Below, in pieces: positions 34,701-47,649 of a stretch of 64,000 bases of DNA (the first letter of the stretch is position 1; every line of letters starts with the position of its first letter). Position numbers and translations under genes: made by a program. Under the pieces are notes generated by a model, which was given only the letters and a program-made list of their open reading frames with translations, was not told the origin of the DNA and did no database searches. Source of the DNA: Gracilinanus agilis (Eukaryota); NCBI RefSeq assembly GCF_016433145.1, contig NC_058131.1, positions 670,967,408 to 671,031,407 of the forward strand, in the 5' to 3' direction.

Positions 34701-37700
34701 AAATTGTGGATCCCGTCAATATTTCAAGGATCTGTCTTTTCTTTGGGGTGATGTCTTCCACTGCATAAAATGCAATCCTTTTAAACTTAGTCATTAAAGA
34801 GATCCTATGCCCATCTCCTCGTCTTTCCCTTCCCAACTTGCAAAACATCACCCTGTGCCAACTTAGTGAAGTTCCACACTGAGTTAGGCTTGCCCTTAGA
34901 CAATTGTACATATCAACAGTATCACTTCAACTACATTCAAAGCCTTTTCACCAAGGAAAGACCCACCAGAGACTGTACTCTAATGTCAAAGACTTCAAGA
35001 ATCCAAAATCATCTTGCCACAATGAAGTATTGAGTTAGAAATTTAAGAGACAATACTGTGAGCCATTTTTCTTAGTGGCATTTGTGGCAAATATAGCTTT
35101 AAACGTTTAATTATGCAACAAATCTCCAGAGTATCTACTAATGACAATACCATCTTCTTTGCCTAAGTCCTTCACCAACATAATTGCCACAGTATGGCAG
35201 TCACCAATTCAGGAGCTAGAAGGGAAGGAGCATTGTGTTATACCAACAATATATTGGTCATATAAATGTAGTTTGAGGCTTCTTCCCACAATAGAAGTGT
35301 GAGCCAAAAAGTCAACAATTTTAGAGAGCATTTGATTCAACATAAGAGTTAATGCTTTCAAATGCCAGTTGACTGGGGAGAAGGAAGCTAAAAAAACTTT
35401 TCAAATTCTCCTAAATTAGTTCCTCATAGTGAGGTTTCATTATTTACTTTAAATTATTTTGTACTTTCCTAACATTGGACATACCGAGTTTTTTCAGATA
35501 CAACATTCAAATATTAGTACAAAAATTCATTTCAAATTACAAATTAAGAAAATTCATTTCTAGAAGAGTTGTAAAAAGCATACACACATATAATGCTAAC
35601 AGAACTGAAAATTAATAGAATCTTTTTATACATTATCTAGAAGTTAACAATAAGAATCATGTCCTTTAACGAAATCATGCCATTATTGGAAATATTCTCC
35701 AAGAATGTTATCATAAAAAATAAGATATTCAATGGAGATAGATATAATTTGTTTAGAAATATATTTTTGCAAATATAAAATACTGAAAAACCTAAATATC
35801 CCAGTGTTGGTAAATGGCTGAATAAGCTATGGCATATAAGTATAATAAAATGGAATTATTGGTGTACTAGAATGGAATTACAGCAACACATCAAGGATCT
35901 GTGTAATGTTAAATCTACTTGATTTCAACCCATTAAAAATTTAGAAAATAAATCTTGAGCAACTGCCCTAGGCCCCTGATGACAAACCTATGGCACTCGT
36001 GTCAGCACTGATACACAGCCATTTTCGATGACATGCGGCCGCATACAGAAGTATGGGGCTGCATGCCAAGTTATGCTGTTTTTTTCTTGAAGTGACACAC
36101 CACCTGAGTTATTCTCAGTTTTTTGGCAAATTTTGACACACCAAGCTCAAAAGGTTGCCCATCACTGCCCTAGGCTCAGAGAGGCTGTGACCCAGCCATG
36201 GCCATAGACCAAGAGTCAAAAGGGACTGAACTGAGGGATTCCTGACTCACCATCCAACATTCTCCATATCATCCTACTAGTAGACATGATCAATGAAATG
36301 AAACTAAAGAAATTTGGAAAGGATTATATGAAGTGACAAGTACATAAAATAGAAATAGCAAAAGACATTGACTATAAATAAAACAAAGAGAAAACTATAT
36401 ACACAAAGACGAATCACAAGAGATCATAGGATGAAGCCCTTTGAGGACATGACTTCAACCCCCTCATTCTGAAGGAGGAAGCTAAGGTCCATAGTGGTTG
36501 AGTTACTTGCCAAAGTTCTGCCTATAATTTTAACAAGGTCCTTCTGGTGTTTCTATGTGGGGGAAAAAAAAACTCCCTTGGACAAGAGCCCAGACTCAAA
36601 CTCTATGCTAAAGAAAACTATGTTACCATGAAGACTTTGCCCTCTCACCTCTTTCTTTTATGTGTAATCCACAATGAACAAAGTTCTTATATAACGTCTT
36701 ACTGTGGGAATTTTATTCTATACTGTTTTTTCCTATTTGTTTTACTTTCTCCACTACACTGTGGACAAGACTATACTTTGTACTCTCTGGCACCTAGCAT
36801 GAGGCTAATTAAGCACATAGTAAATACTCAATGGATGCTTGCTTCATCAACCAGCCTTCCATTAGCACAGATGATTAAGAGCTTATTCCATTCTTATCGA
36901 ACGTAAATTTATCTAGTGGCCCCAGGATGATGAAAGTCACTTGTCACATGCCTAGCTAACAAAAAGATGGGAAGTTTTCCCAGGCTATTTCGCTCACCTT
37001 CTTTCATGTACATGTATAAATCTAAAATTCTGAGCCTTTTTACCTTCTCCTTTGTTAACTGAAAAACAAGCAGCACCCTACTAAAGAAGGGTCCTAAAAG
37101 AAAAGCAGCTCCCAAAGGTCCTGGGAACTGCTTTGCCAAATGGTTTGGACAGCTTACCATCTGGGCCTTCCTGCTACACTCCTTCACAAGATACACACAA
37201 GTCCTCATTGCTTCTGCCTCTGTGAAATGAAGGGGCTGCTCTTCTCTCTATGCATTGGGACAAGACTGGCCTGAGATTCAACCAGTCAGCTTGTGAGAAG
37301 AGTGGGCCTAAAGGATCTCAAAGCCTTTTCCTATTCTTTCCTAGTATTCAGTAAGGACAGCAATGTTAACTGCTAAATAGTAGTTCAATAAGGATACTAG
37401 TAATAGTGGAAGACTGGGAAAAGGAAAAAAGAGAAATAAAAAAGATAGGGAGAGAAGGGAAATAGATCAAGAAAGGGAAAGAAAGGAAAGAAGAGAGATA
37501 AGAAAGAAAAAGAAAAACACAACAAAAGGAAGGGGATCCACTTGCACTGTTTCCTACTTCTCATATAGTCTTGAATCTGTACAGGGTAACACAAATACAT
37601 ACCTCTGCATCTGAACAGTGGAGCTTGGCCCATTCTGCACATCTCCTTGGCCAAACTGGCCATATGCAGGCTGACCACTAGGAACTCGGGCTGTAGTAGA

Positions 37701-40700
37701 GGCTGGGGGTGTTCCCGAGGAAGGTGGTGCTCTTGGCACACCTAAGAGAAAAGGACAGAAACTCGGTGATTACAAAAAGGTCTCCTTTTCTCTACCTTGG
37801 GCCAGAGACTCAAAATATAGATCAGTGAGCTCAGGTACTTATTGGCCACTCCCCCTGCTTCAAAGTGAAGATGACACTACTGATTGTCAATTCTAGCCAT
37901 GGCAGCCATTCTTGACCTGAAACCTTGAACAGAAAGCTTCCATTACACCTATCAGTGTCACTGGCTGAGCCCTCTATCAGTCACAAAACCCTTCAGAGAT
38001 CTTCATATTGAATCTATTGCCAAATCCTATGGATTCTACCTTCTCATGATCTCTCATATACATCCTCTTCTCTCCTCTGATACAGGTCTTCATCATCTCA
38101 AATCCAGGAAATAGCCTACTCTGATCGATCTACCTGCCTGAAGTCTATTCCCCACTTCACTACCATTCATTTCCCTAAAGCCTAGATCTGACCATTATCA
38201 TCCCCCCATTCTCCAACTCAATAAACTTCAGGGTCTCTTTATTACCTCTAGGATAAAATACAAAATCTTCTGTTTGGTTTTCAAAGTTTTTCATAATCTG
38301 TTCCCTTTTAATCTTTCCAGTTTTCTGGCACTTAACTCCATGTATTCTACAAACCAGCAACACCACCCTCTTTGTTGTTCCTTGCACAATACACGACATT
38401 CCATCTCCTAACTATGTGCCTTTTTAAAAGCTCTCTCCCATATGCCTCAAATTCTTTCCCTCCTCATCTCTGCCTCCTGGCTTCCTTCAAGTGTTATTAG
38501 CTCAGATCCCACCTTCTGCCAGAGGTCTTTTTGGACCCCCACATCCCACATTTTAGTACCTTCTTGAGATCACCTACAACTTACTCTGTATATATCTTGC
38601 AAGAACATAGTTGTGTGCTGGTTGCTTTCATCATCAGAACATGAACTCCAAGGACAGTGCCTATTTTTGCCTTTCTCTCTACCCTTAAAGCTTAATACAG
38701 TGCTTGGCATATAGTATGCCCTTAATAAATGCTCAGTGACTTGATCTGACTCTTACACTCCTTCAATTTAGTATAGACTTGCCAGTTTCCCAGCCCAGAT
38801 GTTAACTTTCCTGGGGGAAAGCACCTAAACTAAGGGTTAGCAATTTATGACACACATGCTAAAAGTAGCAGATAAGGATTTTTTTTGGAGGGACAAAAAG
38901 ATCTTGGCTATGCAAAACATGTGAAAGGGAGAGGGAGGGCTGAGAGTCAGTTCCTTTCACCCACTGTGTTCATCTATTCATTTTGCATTCCTAATAGACC
39001 TAGATGTCAGGAGTCCTCTGCCATCCAGCATATCTTAGATATGTCTCCACTAAAGGCTCCTCAATGAACTCTAGTTCCACTCTCCTCTCACAAGTTATGC
39101 CATTCCTGACCCCTGACAACATGGTACAATGGAAAGAAGCCATTTTTTTGGAGTTAGAAGAGCTAGATTGGAACCTCAGTTCTGTCACTTACTATATGAC
39201 TCTGCACAAGTTGCTTAATTTCTCTGGTTCTCAGTTTACTAATCTGTTAAATGAAGAGGCTGAACTAGATGGCCTCTCAGATTCCTTCCAAATCTAAATC
39301 TATGATCCCATGAACCCATTCTTATTTTTAAGGAAAGAGATAAGCTCTCCTCTACGCCCTTCAAAGGGGGCTCAACCTCTTTCACCAACCTGACAGGCAG
39401 TTACATTATCCACTTAATTTATACCACTTCTATTCTGCTTCACTTTGAATAACAGAATTTCAGAGCCAGTAGGGACCTTGGGGATCATCTAGTCTAACCT
39501 GAACTGCTCAAATGATAAAGAAACAACACTCATTGAGATAAAAATAACTGTTCTAAGGTAACATGGAGCTTATTTATTTCTAACTATCAGAGCTAGAGGT
39601 GCAAGTCAAATCTTCTGATCCAAACTGGAGCACTCTTCCATAGTATTAGTCCAGTTTTTTTGTTTTCCCCTCAGTGGAAGCAGAGACGCCTAAAGAGGCA
39701 TGATAAACTTAACTTTATAGCAGCATCATGGCATATAAAAATGCCTAGAAGTCAAAACCTGAGTGCTAGTTCAAGCAATTCTATTTATTAACTTTGGGAC
39801 TAAATCATTTTAAACTTCATTTTTCTCATCTGGAAAACAGGAATACTTACTTTATCTACTTCATAGGGTTGTGAAGAAAGGACTTTGTAAACTTCAAAGT
39901 ATTACATATTAAATTAAAGTTAGTCATTAAAAGATATATGAAAGTGTTTTATAAATGTAAAATACTGGTATTTAGTAATCATAGCACAGACCCACATCTG
40001 TACCTGTCTCAGATATGGCTCTTCAGGAGATGCCAAATTCCAGTCTGATATAACAGGAGTTAAAAGGCCTAAGGTGGACTCTGTTATGGTCAAAGTTCCA
40101 AACAAGAACAGGGCAGGAACTTTACAAATCTGAGAACTTGTTTTTTACCTTGAGTTAATCTGTGCATTTCAAACTTTGACTTATAATACTTTGTTCTCAT
40201 TCTTCATGATCCTTCTACAAGTCCTCTGTGGTCTCTCCTCTCCTATATTCCTAAACTCATTGTCATTAAAAACACTGTTAGACACATACCAGATACTATA
40301 ATCAAGAGTGTACTATCTTTGATTCTGGGTTAATTTGAAATAAGGTATAGCATCCCACTTGTCCATACAATCAGTACAACACTTTCTGAAGGAGTATTAC
40401 AACAAAACATGAATCCAACAGAAAATGTCAGAGTTATTTTTTTTCAAAGCCCTCCGAAAACACACATGCTATCCAAAAGACAGAGGTACTTGTTGTAAGG
40501 CTGCTTAGGAAGCAAATGACCTCGGCAGAAATCTATAAAAGGCATGAAAAGTCAGACACATAAACTCTACCCCTTCTACTGAACAGCCATTTCCCTAAGC
40601 TCTCAGTTCTATCTAGTCCTAAAAGGCAGAACCCACACACCAGGAATAGTTCCTGAATCCTCAACATGGACCAAAAAAGGGCATAGAACAACAATGCTTC

Positions 40701-41221
40701 TACCAGCCAAAGTTTTGTAAAGCATCTATCCCTACCAAGTATGGAACAACTGTGTATCCATGCCCCTTCCCCGTCTAGCCCTTGCCAGTGTGCCCAAACT
40801 GGCTGAAGCCCAAGGAAATTAGAACACCACCTCATGGTGCTATCTGTAAACAATGAATTATCAATGGACACAATGTGGAAGCTACACACCCATTAAATGT
40901 CACAAAGGTGAATCAGAACCAGAAATATGAAAGAGTAGACTCATTCCACATAACCCTTCATAGCACACAAAAAGACAGTTACACAAAAGCCTCTCAATGG
41001 GACACTGCCACCACCTCCTCATAGCTTACAAATAATTCAAACACATACATACCTGGGGGAGGCAGTTGCTGATAGCCTGGCATTGGACCATTGTAGGCTC
41101 CATAAGGAGTAGGGGGGATTATGGGTCCTGGCTGCCCACCATAGCCAGATTGATATCCTGTGTAGCCAGGCTGAGGCTGTCCATATGGCACCCCAGGGGG
41201 AGCTGGCTGATTGACATTCAT
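22720..41221 (-). CDS. SEC24C: SEC24C, COPII cargo adaptor; 22 constitutive coding exons, 1090 aa
   Basis: Exons: 41221-41053, 37741-37603, 34532-34363, 33840-33481, 32743-32607, 29759-29648, 29408-29281, 27850-27712, 27536-27421, 27301-27177, 27032-26841, 26146-26053, 25883-25767, 25539-25369, 25183-25087, 24990-24845, 24575-24437, 24164-24046, 23873-23694, 23541-23350, 23116-23027, 22860-22720 (3273 nt). All GT-AG and phase-consistent. MNVNQ start, zinc finger RCNRCKAY...QCCFCSC, ends HKEIRQLLS*. Confidence 0.97.
30453..30647. mobile_element. hAT MITE, 195 bp
   Basis: TIRs CAGTGGTTCCCAAA / TTTGGGAATCACTG; perfect 8-bp TSD TTTTAGAC (30445-30452 / 30648-30655). Confidence 0.9.
31378..31446 (-). 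CDS. SEC24C: SEC24C in-frame 69-nt cassette exon ([23 protein letters not shown])
   Basis: AAG| acceptor at 31449-31447 and CCA|GTAAGT donor at 31377; phase 0/0 like the flanking introns; repeats the [10 protein letters not shown] end of the previous exon. Confidence 0.85.
33145..33350. mobile_element. hAT MITE, 206 bp, OC1/OposCharlie-like
   Basis: TIRs CAGTGATGGGCAAACT / AGTTTACCCATCATTG; perfect 8-bp TSD TTCTAGTA (33137-33144 / 33351-33358). Family name from memory. Confidence 0.85.
35974..36167. mobile_element. hAT MITE, 194 bp, hAT1/nhAT1-like
   Basis: Ends CCCTGATGACAAACCT / AGGTTGCCCATCACTG; perfect 8-bp TSD CCCTAGGC (35966-35973 / 36168-36175). Family name from memory. Confidence 0.85.
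37990..38745 (+). mobile_element. L2 3' fragment (approximate)
   Basis: Typical L2 3' motifs: tctaggataaaatacaaaatc, and the terminal cttaatacagtgcttggcatatagtatgcccttaataaatgct. Confidence 0.65.
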
Positions 41222-42537
41222 CGTGAGTGCATCCCCAACCTGGCCTCACCTGCAGGGCAGGAGAAAGGGGAGAAGGGAGATAAGAAGTGTCCAGAAACTA
41301 GTTTTCCAAAGTTGCAACATATCATATAAGTAATACTCAGTCCAAAGTGGGGCTGGAGCTAGCTGCACTTGAGCAAAGTCCTCTGTGAGTTTCTGCTCTG
41401 AGTAAGAATTTGATTGGAGCCCTATGCAGAGTCTCCCAGTGAGAGGACTAGGATCTCACAGTGCAAGTAATTCTCCCTGGAGTAGAACAGCAACCCTATT
41501 TTCAATTTGTCTGGCATTTCTCTAATCTGACTCATGATGACACAAGAAGATTCTAAGAGGATACTTCTATCCACAATACAATTCAAGTAAATTACCTCTT
41601 CACACCCCCAAACCAATAGAATTAAGATGCTTGAGAACAGTGATGGTTACATCTTTTTCCCTACATTCCCAGTGCCTAGCAAACACAGAGAAAGGGTAAT
41701 TAACGTTTGCTGAAGTTAAGAATGGGACAAATATTACTGAATCCAGACTAGCTGGCTGAGGTTGACAGCAGTAAATCTAAATGCTATCCCACCTCCAACC
41801 CTTCTGTTAAGGTGCAAGGCAGGTCTTTCAAAGGCTACCTTTCTGATCCCTGTTCAATGACGTTGTGGGGCTTAATAGGCAGCATACTCAGCTCTCACTA
41901 CTTTTATGGGATGGGCTGTCAACTGGGGGAAGTGAACTCTGCAAATGTGAGAAGGGAAAAAAGTGGGGGGTGAGCGGGAAATTTCAAAAACGAGTGGGTG
42001 GGAGAGACGACCTATCAGCCCCTAACGAGCACACGCTTCAAACCGCAGGGTCAGTAGCACCTTTGGAGGGTTGTGGGGGGAAGGGTTCAGGGTGACAGCC
42101 CCAAAGGGGCGGGGCGAGCTCCCCTCCGCTCTGAAGGCTGGGGGGGTCTGTCCCTGAGGAAGCGACCAAGGAACTTGGGGGAACCAGCAGATAACCAGGG
42201 CCAAAGATTGGGAGGGACGGGCGAGACGACTGGATCACCTCTTCCGGTCAAAGGGGACTCCGGGCTGGGCAGACCCCGCGGTGCAGACCAGGGGGGAGGC
42301 TGGACGGGGCCCACCGGCTCGGACTAGAGGGTGAAGGGGTGAAGGCCCACCGCGATAGGGGTCCCGGGCCCTGTCCACTCCAGCCCGGCCGCAGCCCCGC
42401 CCCCAGGCTCCTCCCTTCCCCGGCCGCACAGTGCTCCCCCAGGAAGGGCCCCCCAGGGCGGCAAGGCTGTCTCGTCACTCCCTAGTCTCCTCTTAGTCCT
42501 CCTGTCCTCGACCTCTCCCCCTTCTCGAAGGCCTCAC

Positions 42538-42830
42538 CCGGCTCCGGCTCCAGCGCCTGCCCCGGCTGCGCTCCCAGCGTCGCGACTCTCAGGCCCCACT
42601 TCCGGTTCCGAGCCGGCCGTCGTGTCGCCGCCGGAAGTGCCTCCCCCGCGCACGGAGGCCTTGGCTTCGGGAGCTGCCACGTCCTCACTGAGACGACACG
42701 TTTGGACCCGGATGTAGCGCGTGCGCAGAGGCCACCGCCTCCTCCCTGTCATGGCGGAGTTGGAGAAAGCTTTGCTGTTTCTGACGTGTTTCCGCTTCTT
42801 GCGATGATGTCATGCCAATAGCGCTGACAC
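42538..42830 (-). promoter_or_regulatory. SEC24C promoter and non-coding exon 1
   Basis: CpG island of about 42200-42830. Donor CGG|GTGAGG at 42538/42537. Opposed ETS motifs ACTTCCGG 42598-42605 and CCGGAAGT 42631-42638. Exon 2 acceptor at 41249. The TSS itself cannot be determined. Confidence 0.7.
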
Positions 42831-43210
42831 CCCCACCTCCCCCCTTCCCTTAGCACCGCTCCCTGAGCTCACCCTAAGTCTAAAGCTTCGTGAAGCTTTG
42901 AGCTGCTGAAATGGACTCCAGGACAGCGCTTCTGTGACACATCCGTGACCTCTCACCCCCAACCCTGGGGTCTTGGAGACCCTGATGCCAAGGACTCCAA
43001 CTTTGAGTCCAGGCCCTGAAAGGTAGAGGAGGCTGCGTGGTTTCCTTCGCCAAGCCTAGGGCTCCACTGCAGAGCCCTCTGCCGGTTGCTCAGATGCATG
43101 CAGAAACCGTGTTGTAGGTAGAATGGAAGTTCTTCCAGGATTGGCATTGTCCCCCTTCAAGCGTATTCCTAGGGCCTACCACGTTTACTAGCACATAGAA
43201 AGAGATAATA

Positions 43211-43390
43211 GAGGCAGCTAGATAGCTCTGTGGATAGGGAGCCAGACCTAGACACGGGAAGTCCTGGGTTCAAATGTGTACTCAGACACTTCCTAACTGT
43301 GTGACCCTGGGCAAGTCACAAACCACAATTCCAAGCCCTCACTGGTCTTTTGCCTTGGAACCAATACACAGATGGAAAGTCAGGGTTGAG
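43211..43390 (+). mobile_element. Marsupial SINE (SINE1_Mdo-like)
   Basis: gaggcagctag...gggttcaaat...cagacacttcctaactgtgtgaccctgggcaagtcac...ttggaaccaatacacag. Confidence 0.8.
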
Positions 43391-44370
43391 AGAGACAGAC
43401 AGATTAAATTTAGAGATTTAGTTGATTAATGGAATTTTCCCTCACAGAATTCCCATCTGAAGTGATATGTCCTATCCCTGACCCTGAAAAACACAGGTTT
43501 TGGGGGGACATAATGATGATGGGTGGTGGTAGTAGTGGTGATATCAACAACACAGAATAAGAGAAAAAGGAAAAACTGCAAAACATTACTGCAAGCTGCA
43601 AAGATTCACCACTTATCAAATACCCTATAAAATACATCAGAAAAACTTGCTCTTTCAAGCTGGCAGGGCCAAAATTCCATGCTACAAATACAGACCTCAA
43701 AATATCCTTAAAACTTAAACCAGTAAACTATACTGGAGCTGGAACATTATCATAACCAAACTGTTGTTCACTAGTGCCAAGACATGACCTAAAACAACTA
43801 AAGAATAAGTTTTTAATAGTTGTAGGCATACTAAGTACCCGTCTATAATCTTGAAATTGCATGGAACAAAAAGCTTTCAAAATATGGAGACTTAGAAGAA
43901 ATTAAAAACACATAGGAGTAGGATAGGATACATACATCATTGCCATTCTGTTTGCTACTGAGGTTGTACTGAGGATACTTTCAGCAAGTCTACAAAAGAT
44001 AAGCATATATCCTAATTACTTTTATTAAATTACAGAAAGAAACTGTTTTATACTATCAAAAGATTAATAATAGGATAGCAACTTGTTTCAGGGCATTTTC
44101 TAGTTAAACTCCATTGAGCAAGTTGATGAAAATGATTTCTCAGGAACAATAATAATTTCTATCTCATATCCATCATAAAGATGAGAACAAGATAATAAAT
44201 GTGAATGAAGTCTTTTATGGGTTGCAGTTTCTCCTGCTGGTGTTGACATGTAGCTTTTGGCTGTTTTATCTGTCTTCATATATTTGTTCCACTTTGCCCC
44301 AGAGGGCAGATGTAGTAGTAGTAGACAGAAATTACAAAGTAGATTCAAGTTCTCTGTAAAAAATAATTTC

Positions 44371-44558
44371 CAAGGTGGCTCAGTTGATTGAGAACCAGGC
44401 CTAGAGATGGGCAGTCCTGGGTTCAAATATGGCCTCAGACACTTCCTAGCTGTGTGACCCTGGGCAAGTCACTTAACCCATTTGTCTAGTCCTTGTCACT
44501 CTTTTGCTTTGGAACCAATGCACAATATTGATTCTAAGATGGCAAATTAGGGTTAAAA
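44371..44558 (+). mobile_element. Marsupial SINE (SINE1_Mdo-like)
   Basis: ggtggctcagttgattgagaaccaggcctagagatggg...gattctaagatgg...ggttaaaaa. Confidence 0.8.
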
Positions 44559-46111
44559 ATTTCCTAACATTTGGAGCTATACAAAGGGAGGTAGAATTGA
44601 TTACCTCAGGAAAAGTGAATTCTTTCTTACTAAAAGGCTTCAGAGGAAGACTGGGTGAACCCTTTTTGATACTATAGAAAGGATTTCTGCACAAATGTGA
44701 ACTAGAATGTATCTGGTGTCTGAGGTGCCTTCTAACTTGGTGCTTTTATAATTTTGTGGTAGGCTGTAGAAGACTTCCAGCACAGTGGATAGCTCCTCTA
44801 TAGAAGATAATACTAATAATTGATACTTATGTAGCACTTTTAAAACTTACAAAGTACTATATACACAACTCGTTTTATCTTCATTACAACCCTTTGGGAT
44901 GGTTGGTATTTGAGATACTATTTTTCCTATTTTAAAGATAAGGAAACTGACTTTTAAAGTGTTAAGTGAATTGCTTATGATTATGTATCTGGTAAGTTAA
45001 AATTGGAAAGCTGCCTCAGGACTTGTCTTACTCTGGTTGCAATGATCTTTCTACTATACCACAATGAACTTCATTTTGCAGGAATTTGGAGGAGCTCAGG
45101 GCCAAGAATCATTGATGATGAAAAGATATGCATAGATTATGATCTACACTGAGTCTCTATCACTGATCTATCAAAGAAACACATTTTTATTGTACTTTAC
45201 ATTTTTCAAGCACTTTCCTCAGAGCAATCTCATGCAGATATTTTTAGTCTCATTTTTCCAGATGAGTGAACCTGAGGCTCAAGACACACAGAATATAAAT
45301 GTGAAAAAATATTTAATAGCCTAAATTTAAAATTATCTGACCACTAATTATGCAAACACTTTGGTTAATCTTCTTTAATAGAGCCCCTCCTTTTTTGGAA
45401 CCTCCTGCATTAGAGGGACAGCTGGACAATTGCTGCATCAAGCAAGCAAACAAGGAAACATTAAGTGACTACAATATATTTTGGAAGAGTAGCTCCAGAG
45501 TATATGACATGTATATTCATATGACATATACACACACACACACATATATTTATAGATGTGCAGATAGGGAATATATACACACATAGAAATACACAATGAT
45601 CTGGAAGCAAGGAGTTGCCAACAACTGTGGGAATCAGGAAAAGTCTCTTGAAGGAGATGATACAAGCTGAGCTTCAAAGAGAACTAGAAGTTACAAGAAG
45701 TGTGAGAAAGAGGTAGAACATTTTAGGCATGGTCCATAACCTGTACAAAGGCCTGGAGGTGGCAGATGGGGTGTCTTATAGGAGAAACAGCAAGTAGGCC
45801 CCTTCAGCTGGAGGGTACAGGGCATGAGGAAAAATAATTTGTAAATAGTCTTGAAAAATAGATTAGAACCAGATTATGATGGTACATAAATGTCAAATAC
45901 ATTTTATCATATAAGAAGTAGGGAACTAGTGAAATTTCTTGAATAAAGGACAGGTCGGATCTTGTACTTTAGAAATGTTATCACTTTGGCAAATATGTGG
46001 AATCTGGGTTGAAAGAGACTTGAAGCAGAGACAGACTAAGAAGCTATTGCATAGATAAAATCTTGTTGGTAAATTAATCCTATTTTCCTCTTACCTTAAA
46101 TAATTCTTTCT

Positions 46112-46313
46112 TTTTCTTTAAACCCTTACCTTTTCTCTTATAATCAAAACTGTGTATTAGTCCCAAGGCAGAAGAGCAGTAAGGGCTAGGCAATGGAAGT
46201 TAAGTGATTTGGCCAGGATCACACATCTAGGAAGTGTCTGAGTCCCAATCTGAACCCAGGACCTTTTGACTCCAGGCCTGGCTCCCCATCCACTGAGCCA
46301 CCTAGCTGCCCCC
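46112..46313 (-). mobile_element. Marsupial SINE (SINE1_Mdo-like)
   Basis: Reverse complement of the same family: aaacccttacc...aaggcagaagagcagtaagggctaggcaat...cacctagctgcccc. Confidence 0.8.
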
Positions 46314-46511
46314 AAATAATTATTTGAAAAGTGGGTTGCCTCCATTCATAATTGATGTTTAACTGTCAGCAATTTCTAACTCTTTAGCTTTAAAGTTCCT
46401 TTACTGTCCCCCACAAAGGAATTAATTGTTTAAAACATTTAAAAGGAGAGCCACTTTTTAAAGAAATCCTGAACCAAAACATCTTGTAGATTCAAAATTA
46501 CTATCATGATG

Positions 46512-46670
46512 AAAAAATAATGTGTTTTGCAAGTTCCTGTAGGAGTTTTCTTAGATAATAATGGCTAAAAAATAATGGGTTTTGTAAGTTCCTGTAGGAG
46601 TTTTCTTAGATAATAATGGCTAAAAAATAATGGGTTTTGTAAGTTCCTGTAGGAGTTTTCTTAGATAATA
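46512..46670. repeat. 55-bp tandem repeat, about 2.9 copies
   Basis: aagttcctgtaggagttttcttagataata starts at 46531, 46586 and 46641 (period 55). Confidence 0.95.
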
Positions 46671-47649
46671 AGAAAACTATATATGTTATATTATTTGATC
46701 CTTACAGTGGCTCTATGAGGTAAGTTTTGTATATATTATTATTCTAATTTATCATTAAAATTAAGGCTCAAGAAAGTTAAGTTACTCATCCTGGGTCACG
46801 AAGCAATGAAGTGACAGCACTGGTATTCAGACCTGGAGTATCTAGATATAAAGGCAGTGATTCTCTACTGCATTACTTCAGCCTCTGAAGTCTCTGGCCT
46901 CTTCTTTCTTAGTCTTTAACATTCTGAAGCACTCAGGCTTCAGAGAAGAGTATTTCCTACAAACTGACCATATCTATATGATAGAAATCCAGACTAGCAT
47001 AAAGAAACTAGAGGCACCATTCAACTAAAGTCCTAGGGCTGTGTTGGGGAACCTAGGTCGTGTGTGCCAGAGCATGCTAAAGGGGGTTGCTCCCTTTCCC
47101 TTCTCCATGCATGCCTGAGGACATTTCTCATATCACCTGTCCCTCCAACCTGTAACTTCCTCCCTCTACCATCTGGGGTAAGGCAGGGGAATGGGGGGAC
47201 CCACCTGTGGCATTGCAATTTGAGCGGTTGGTCTCTAAAAGATTCGCTGTCACTGCCCTAGGGCCTGATTGCCTGCAGTACACCCTATTCTTTACAAAGC
47301 CATTTTGATTTGCCCAGAATCCATCTTTGGGGGAATATGAATTCTCAGTAGGGGTGGTAGATTCCGCATTCTTGCATTCACTGGTCTGTAAGTCTCACCT
47401 CACCTATTCTAGAGATAATTCTATTTTCGGCTCTACTAAGGTTATTCCATAAAGAGGGAAAATAAAAGAGGTATTTAATACGTAATATGAATTATATATT
47501 GGAAGGTCATTTATTCCCACAGAGAAAACAATGATAAGCATACGAGAACCACAGTGGTGAAGTGAACAGAGTGCTGGGCATGGAGTCAGGAAGACTCTTT
47601 CCACAGTAGAGGGGCCAGATCTTATAAAGAGCAAAAGAACAGGTGCCAA

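Noticed and set aside
42751-42807. ATGGCGG-initiated short plus-strand ORF at the SEC24C promoter
   Set aside because: Only 18 codons; more simply a YY1-like motif in a CpG-island promoter.
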